Of a DNA stretch of 61,263 nucleotides, positions 56,695-61,263 are shown one piece after another (the first letter of the stretch is position 1; the number at the start of each line of letters is the position of its first letter). The stretch is from a virus (Duplodnaviria > Caudoviricetes), in IMG/VR virus record IMGVR_UViG_3300032722_000020, positions 1 through 61,263 of that record; one strand, given 5' to 3'. The translations under genes were made by a program, and so were the position numbers. A model generated the notes under the pieces. It did no database searches and was not told where the DNA came from. It was given only the letters and a program-made list of their open reading frames with translations.

Positions 56695-58629
56695 ATGAAA
56701 GTTTTATCCCCATCCACATGGTTTCAGAAAAGCGTTGCGGTTGCTCCGCCACCGCAGTCTGAGTCCCCGTTTCGCCAAGACCTGTCGCCGGACGAAATCG
56801 CGCGGGCAAACGCGCAGATTCGCACGTTTGGAAAGATGAAGGAGCAGGTTGCCGGTCTGATGGAATCCGCCAGCCGTTTGCAGCGCAGTTATGACGCTGG
56901 GGTGACGACGGCTTTCAATGCGGATTTCAAAGGGACTTACGGAACGGCTAACACGGAAATTTTCATGGACTTTTACAAGGTGTGGGCGCGAGCGCGCACC
57001 TTGGCGAAGGACACGCCGCAGGGCAAGGCGATTTTACGGACGCACCGCAACAATATCGTCGGGCATGACCCGTTCAAGCTCACAATGAAGGTTGGTTCAA
57101 CGATTGAGAAGCCACATCCCAAATCCGGCCAAATGGTAAAAGTTTTTGAGGCCGAAAATGATGTCAACCAGATAATCGAATCAGAGTGGAAACAGCAGGG
57201 TTTGCCGGAAAACTTTACCGTGCGCGGGACGGTTTCCTCATTGGAGGCGTTCAACCAGATGGTGAACGAGGCTAAGACCATCGGCAGCGTTTTAATCCGT
57301 CTGTGGGATGATTTTCCGAACAACGAAAGCCGGTTTGCGATTGACCTTTTGGAGTCCGACCGCTTGCAGCCGAATTACATGGCCACTTCGCAGACGGGCG
57401 ACAAGTTTGGCGCTGGCAACCCGATTCGCGGCAGCATCGAGTATCATCCGAAATGGAATTATCCGCTGGCCTACTGGATTTTGACGCGGCATCCTGGCGA
57501 GGGGTATGTCCAAAACAACTATGTCGGCGACGGCGACAAGAAATGGGTGCGCGAGCAGGTTCCGGCGAAGGACATCATCCATTTCAACAACCTGCGGGAT
57601 CGCGCGGAGCAGGAATTTGGCTTCACGGAAATGGACGCCTGCATCCAAGCAATTTGGCGGCTGTTCCAATACCAGAAGGCTTTAACCTATGCCGCTATTT
57701 CAAGCTGCATGAAAGTTTTCTGGATCAAGAAAAACTATCCTACCGGGATGAGCTTCACGCCGGACGAGTTCGGGGCGATGGTGGAAAAGTTTGCGGACGG
57801 AACAGGTTTGCCAAATGCGCTGGCTGGCGGCGACAGCGTGACGCGGCAACAAGGCATCCAGCAACGACGCAGCACCGAGACTCCGGGCGCAACTCTGGAA
57901 CTGGATTACGGTTTGGAACTGATGCAGACCGACCCGCGCTTTCCCATCGAGGCCGCGCATGAATTTCGGATGGATAACGACAAGGAGATTGCGGCGGCGG
58001 CGGCGGTGTCGTATTCCGATTTGACCGGGGATTTTCAGTCGCTCGGCTACATCGCAGCGCAGATGTCGCAACGTCCGTCCCGCGATGAGGCGATGGTGTT
58101 TCAGGAACACATGATAATGGTGGTGGTATCGCGCATCTTCAAACGCTGGCTTCGCGCTGCGTGCATGAATGGCGTGCTGGACGGGCTGGCGTCGAGACAG
58201 AAAGAGATTTTGCGGGCAGCACATTTCCACGGCAAGCGGTTCCCGTTCACGGACGAACTACGCGAAGTGCAGGCGCTCGTTTTGAAGCTGGACGCCAAGC
58301 TGATTTCTCCGCAACGCGCGCAGGACATGATGGCCGACGGCGACGATATTGAAAACGTGATTGCCGAATGGTCGCAATGGAATGAGCGGTGCGAGGCTTA
58401 CGGCATCACGCTGATGGACGCGCCGACAAGCGTTACGGAAAAAGAAACGCTGGCGGAAACACCGGATGCCCCAACCACGGATGATGGTGGAGAACCTCCG
58501 GCTGCCACACAGAAGCCGTCCAAGAAAAAAGGCAGCGTGACAGCCAAGCAGCAGACGGCGCGCAGCAGCCATCAGCGCAACGGCCACGGCGCGGCACTGG
58601 TGCGGCAACTGCTGGCGGAAAGAATTTAA
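56695..58629 (+). CDS. Portal protein, lambda family
   Basis: RSYDAG, ARARTL, NNIVG, LESDRL, PLAYWI, VPAKDIIH, VSYSDLTGDF. Confidence 0.93.
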   Translation: MKVLSPSTWFQKSVAVAPPPQSESPFRQDLSPDEIARANAQIRTFGKMKEQVAGLMESASRLQRSYDAGVTTAFNADFKGTYGTANTEIFMDFYKVWARARTLAKDTPQGKAILRTHRNNIVGHDPFKLTMKVGSTIEKPHPKSGQMVKVFEAENDVNQIIESEWKQQGLPENFTVRGTVSSLEAFNQMVNEAKTIGSVLIRLWDDFPNNESRFAIDLLESDRLQPNYMATSQTGDKFGAGNPIRGSIEYHPKWNYPLAYWILTRHPGEGYVQNNYVGDGDKKWVREQVPAKDIIHFNNLRDRAEQEFGFTEMDACIQAIWRLFQYQKALTYAAISSCMKVFWIKKNYPTGMSFTPDEFGAMVEKFADGTGLPNALAGGDSVTRQQGIQQRRSTETPGATLELDYGLELMQTDPRFPIEAAHEFRMDNDKEIAAAAAVSYSDLTGDFQSLGYIAAQMSQRPSRDEAMVFQEHMIMVVVSRIFKRWLRAACMNGVLDGLASRQKEILRAAHFHGKRFPFTDELREVQALVLKLDAKLISPQRAQDMMADGDDIENVIAEWSQWNERCEAYGITLMDAPTSVTEKETLAETPDAPTTDDGGEPPAATQKPSKKKGSVTAKQQTARSSHQRNGHGAALVRQLLAERI

Positions 58630-58631
58630 CC

Positions 58632-58997
58632 GTGAATCCGTTTTCACAGCATACGGCGTTGCAATGTGAATATGAGAATTTCACCGGCGGCGGGACATCG
58701 TTGGCGACGCTGACTTTCACAACCACGGTCCCGCAGATGACAGTTCCGGCCACACACACCGAAGTTGCCGGCGAAGTTGTTTTGGTGATGGGTGGCTTGT
58801 CCCCCAAAACAATGGTCAACTGTTGCGAAGTCCGCATTTCAACCTTGGGGAATTATGTTCCCCAAAAAGGCCATAAATGCACACTGCTGTTAAATCCGAC
58901 GGCAGTTCCAACCCGATTGCAAATATGGTCGGTCAACACGCTGCCCGGCGGCGAGATTTACCGATTTATCCTGGCGGACGAAAATTATAGCGCGTGA
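58632..58997 (+). CDS. Putative head-closure (FII-like) protein
   Basis: 121 aa beta-rich protein in the head module. Confidence 0.45.
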   Translation: MNPFSQHTALQCEYENFTGGGTSLATLTFTTTVPQMTVPATHTEVAGEVVLVMGGLSPKTMVNCCEVRISTLGNYVPQKGHKCTLLLNPTAVPTRLQIWSVNTLPGGEIYRFILADENYSA

Positions 58998-59092
58998 TTT
59001 TGGCGGGGCGGGTGCGGCAATGTTGCAATCTACTAGCATTGCGGCGTGAAGCATCCGCCTTGCCGCCTTGGTTTGACTTGCGGGCGTTTCAA

Positions 59093-61263
59093 ATGAGTGC
59101 CACCGCCGCTGATACCACCGAAGCCAAAGAAAAAACGCCCGCCGTTGAACCAACGGCAGCGTCTCACCAACCCGCAGAAGTCAAACCGCCGGTGGAAATG
59201 GAGCGGAGCGGCGACAACCTGCTTTACCGCTACACCGACGTTGCCAGTGGTGACGTTATCGGCGAGGACACCTTTCAAATCGCAGCCGCTTCCGAGTTTC
59301 CAGGGCAGCAGATTTGCGATGAAATCCACGCGCGTCTTGGTATTGCAAAAGAAGGCGAACTTTACACCGAAATCTTGAGCCACAACGAAGGCGATGCCGA
59401 CCTTTCTTTTTTCAACACTGGCCGCGCCGCGTTTTTGGACGAACACAAGACCAACCGGCATCTTGGCAACATCAAAAAAGCCACTCTTTCCAAAGACAAA
59501 GTGACGCGCGTTTTGGTGCAATGCGATGAGGTTTCAAAACTTTCCAAGACCCGCAAAAAACAACTCGGCAAAAAAAGCCGGATGAATGTTTCTTGCGGTT
59601 ACATCCACACCAAGTATCTCGGCGCACAGAAGTTGGACGACGGAACGATTGGACACCGCTTCGCATGGCAAGGCCGCGAAGTTTCCAGCGTGGGCGATCC
59701 GCTCGACCCGACGGTTGGATTGCAGCGCGCGGCGGCGGTGGACAAGACGTGCTGCTTTGGTTGCGGCAAGCAGATGAAAAGCGTGGACATGATTAAATCC
59801 GACGACGCGCTTTATTGCAGCCAGGATTGCATTGACGCCGAAACCCCGGCGGAAGAAGAAGCCGAGCGCAAGGGCGGAGAGAAAATGTTTCGTTCCAAAA
59901 AGGACGCCAAGGAAATCCGAATCTCGCACGCGGATCTGAAACGCAAGGTAGTCACTGCGCTGGAAACCGACAAGCGGTTCAAACACAAGCGGGACAACGG
60001 CGACATGGTTTCTGATTTTTACCACCACGACAACCATCAGGTGAGTTCGGACGGGACAGATTTTCAAGCCATCGTTTCATCCCCGGCGTGGCGCGATGGC
60101 AGAAAACTTTACGCGGTGGATTTTAGTTACGACGGCGAGAATGTGACGCTCGGCGAAGCCACCCATGTTGAGCCAAAAACCACGCTTGAAGCCGTCGAGC
60201 GCGGCGTCCCATGCGACCTGAAACAATTCCGCGCAGTTGACTCCACAAATTTATCGAAAGCGGAAATTAACGCACCAAACATCATATCCAGAAAATTTAT
60301 GGCCGACAAAACACCAGAACAAATCGCTGCCGAAACCATCGCGCAGAAACCCGAACTCGTCGTTGACAGTCTGGCGACGCCCCACGTCCAGCGCAAGCTG
60401 ACTGAACTTGGCTACCGTTCCAAAGTGGAGTTGGAAGCCGCCGCGAACACGAGCAAGGCCAATCTCGCCGCACGCAACAACGAAATCACCGCGCTCGAAA
60501 CCGAGTTCTCCCGCGATTTTGGTTCGCGCATCGCCTACCGCAAACTATCCGACGGAAAGAAAGAGCCGGTTTATCTGCGCGATGCCATCCACATCGCCGC
60601 GATGGAAGCCTGCGCGCACGACGAATCCAAGCCGGCCACTGAAATCCGACAGATTTTCCGCAGCAAAGTGGACGATTTGAAGCGTGATTCCGTTTCCGAG
60701 GAAAACATCAAGCGCAGCATTGACGCCGCCGAAGTTGGTTTGGCTGGCCGTTGCGATGACGTTTTCTCCGTCATCAAACGCACACTCGCTGACGCGCATT
60801 CCAAAGGTGTTCAAACCCGGAGTCTAATGCCGACCGGCGCGGAACTGGAATACTCAGATGAAGTTCGCGGCCATTTCAAATCCATGCCCGGTTGCTCGCA
60901 CATCGCCGATCTCGGCGGTTTCATGTCGCCCCCGAAACAGGGTCGCAAGTTTGAAGGCAAGATGGTTCGAGGCGGCGCTTCCGCCCGCCGGATGCAGCGT
61001 GACGCGCTCGCTTCCGATTTCGGCACGGTTGGCGCGATGATTGCGCCGGAGTTCCGACCCTACATCGAACTGCTCCGAAATTCGACGGTGCTGGATAAGC
61101 TCGGCTGCACCTACATCGGCGGCTGCAATGGCGAACAGGTTTTCCCGCGTCAGGACGCGGCCACGGTTGCGCAGTCGGTCGCGGAAGGTTCACAGTTAAA
61201 TCCCTACGACCAGACCCTCGGCCAGATCAAGATGACGCCCAAGCGCGTGGGTTCCCGCCAGTA
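59093..61263 (+). CDS. Prohead protease-scaffold-major capsid fusion, N-terminal part (open to window end; about 923 aa when joined)
   Basis: Manual translation: EILSH..ADLS..FLDEH..HLG..NVSCGY..W.GREVSSVGDPLDPTVG (HK97-type protease); same frame as the capsid sequence at 60668. Confidence 0.88.
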   Translation, partial: MSATAADTTEAKEKTPAVEPTAASHQPAEVKPPVEMERSGDNLLYRYTDVASGDVIGEDTFQIAAASEFPGQQICDEIHARLGIAKEGELYTEILSHNEGDADLSFFNTGRAAFLDEHKTNRHLGNIKKATLSKDKVTRVLVQCDEVSKLSKTRKKQLGKKSRMNVSCGYIHTKYLGAQKLDDGTIGHRFAWQGREVSSVGDPLDPTVGLQRAAAVDKTCCFGCGKQMKSVDMIKSDDALYCSQDCIDAETPAEEEAERKGGEKMFRSKKDAKEIRISHADLKRKVVTALETDKRFKHKRDNGDMVSDFYHHDNHQVSSDGTDFQAIVSSPAWRDGRKLYAVDFSYDGENVTLGEATHVEPKTTLEAVERGVPCDLKQFRAVDSTNLSKAEINAPNIISRKFMADKTPEQIAAETIAQKPELVVDSLATPHVQRKLTELGYRSKVELEAAANTSKANLAARNNEITALETEFSRDFGSRIAYRKLSDGKKEPVYLRDAIHIAAMEACAHDESKPATEIRQIFRSKVDDLKRDSVSEENIKRSIDAAEVGLAGRCDDVFSVIKRTLADAHSKGVQTRSLMPTGAELEYSDEVRGHFKSMPGCSHIADLGGFMSPPKQGRKFEGKMVRGGASARRMQRDALASDFGTVGAMIAPEFRPYIELLRNSTVLDKLGCTYIGGCNGEQVFPRQDAATVAQSVAEGSQLNPYDQTLGQIKMTPKRVGSRQ
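60633..61263. repeat. Imperfect terminal direct repeat, copy 2
   Basis: Matches positions 1-631. Confidence 0.97.

Overview
Near-complete, circularly permuted genome (about 60.6 kb unique) of a lambdoid-architecture tailed phage or prophage. The window ends overlap by 631 bp inside the capsid gene. The host may be Verrucomicrobiota-like, which is inferred only. Modules in order: head genes (51-61 kb wrapping to 1-2.4 kb); a minus-strand accessory island (2.5-13.7 kb: MT-A70 MTase, WGR-ligase, LPD29-MTase polyvalent protein, 963-aa DnaN); tail and lysis genes (14.4-31.9 kb); an IS1595-family element; a divergent pair of RHH regulators; and early/replication genes (35.7-51 kb). Most striking: the early region carries an apparently complete integron. 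It has an intact IntI-type integrase, an attI-like site and four attC cassettes, plus two decaying attC arrays. Every cassette gene is inverted relative to the classical attC orientation, so it runs with phage early transcription, and several genes start translation inside their own attC. Second theme: several genes in virion positions encode Sec-signal-peptide proteins rich in N-x-S/T sequons, and late genes share an unusual TTGACTT-N13/14-ATG upstream motif. All calls come from reading motifs by eye; no database searches were run.
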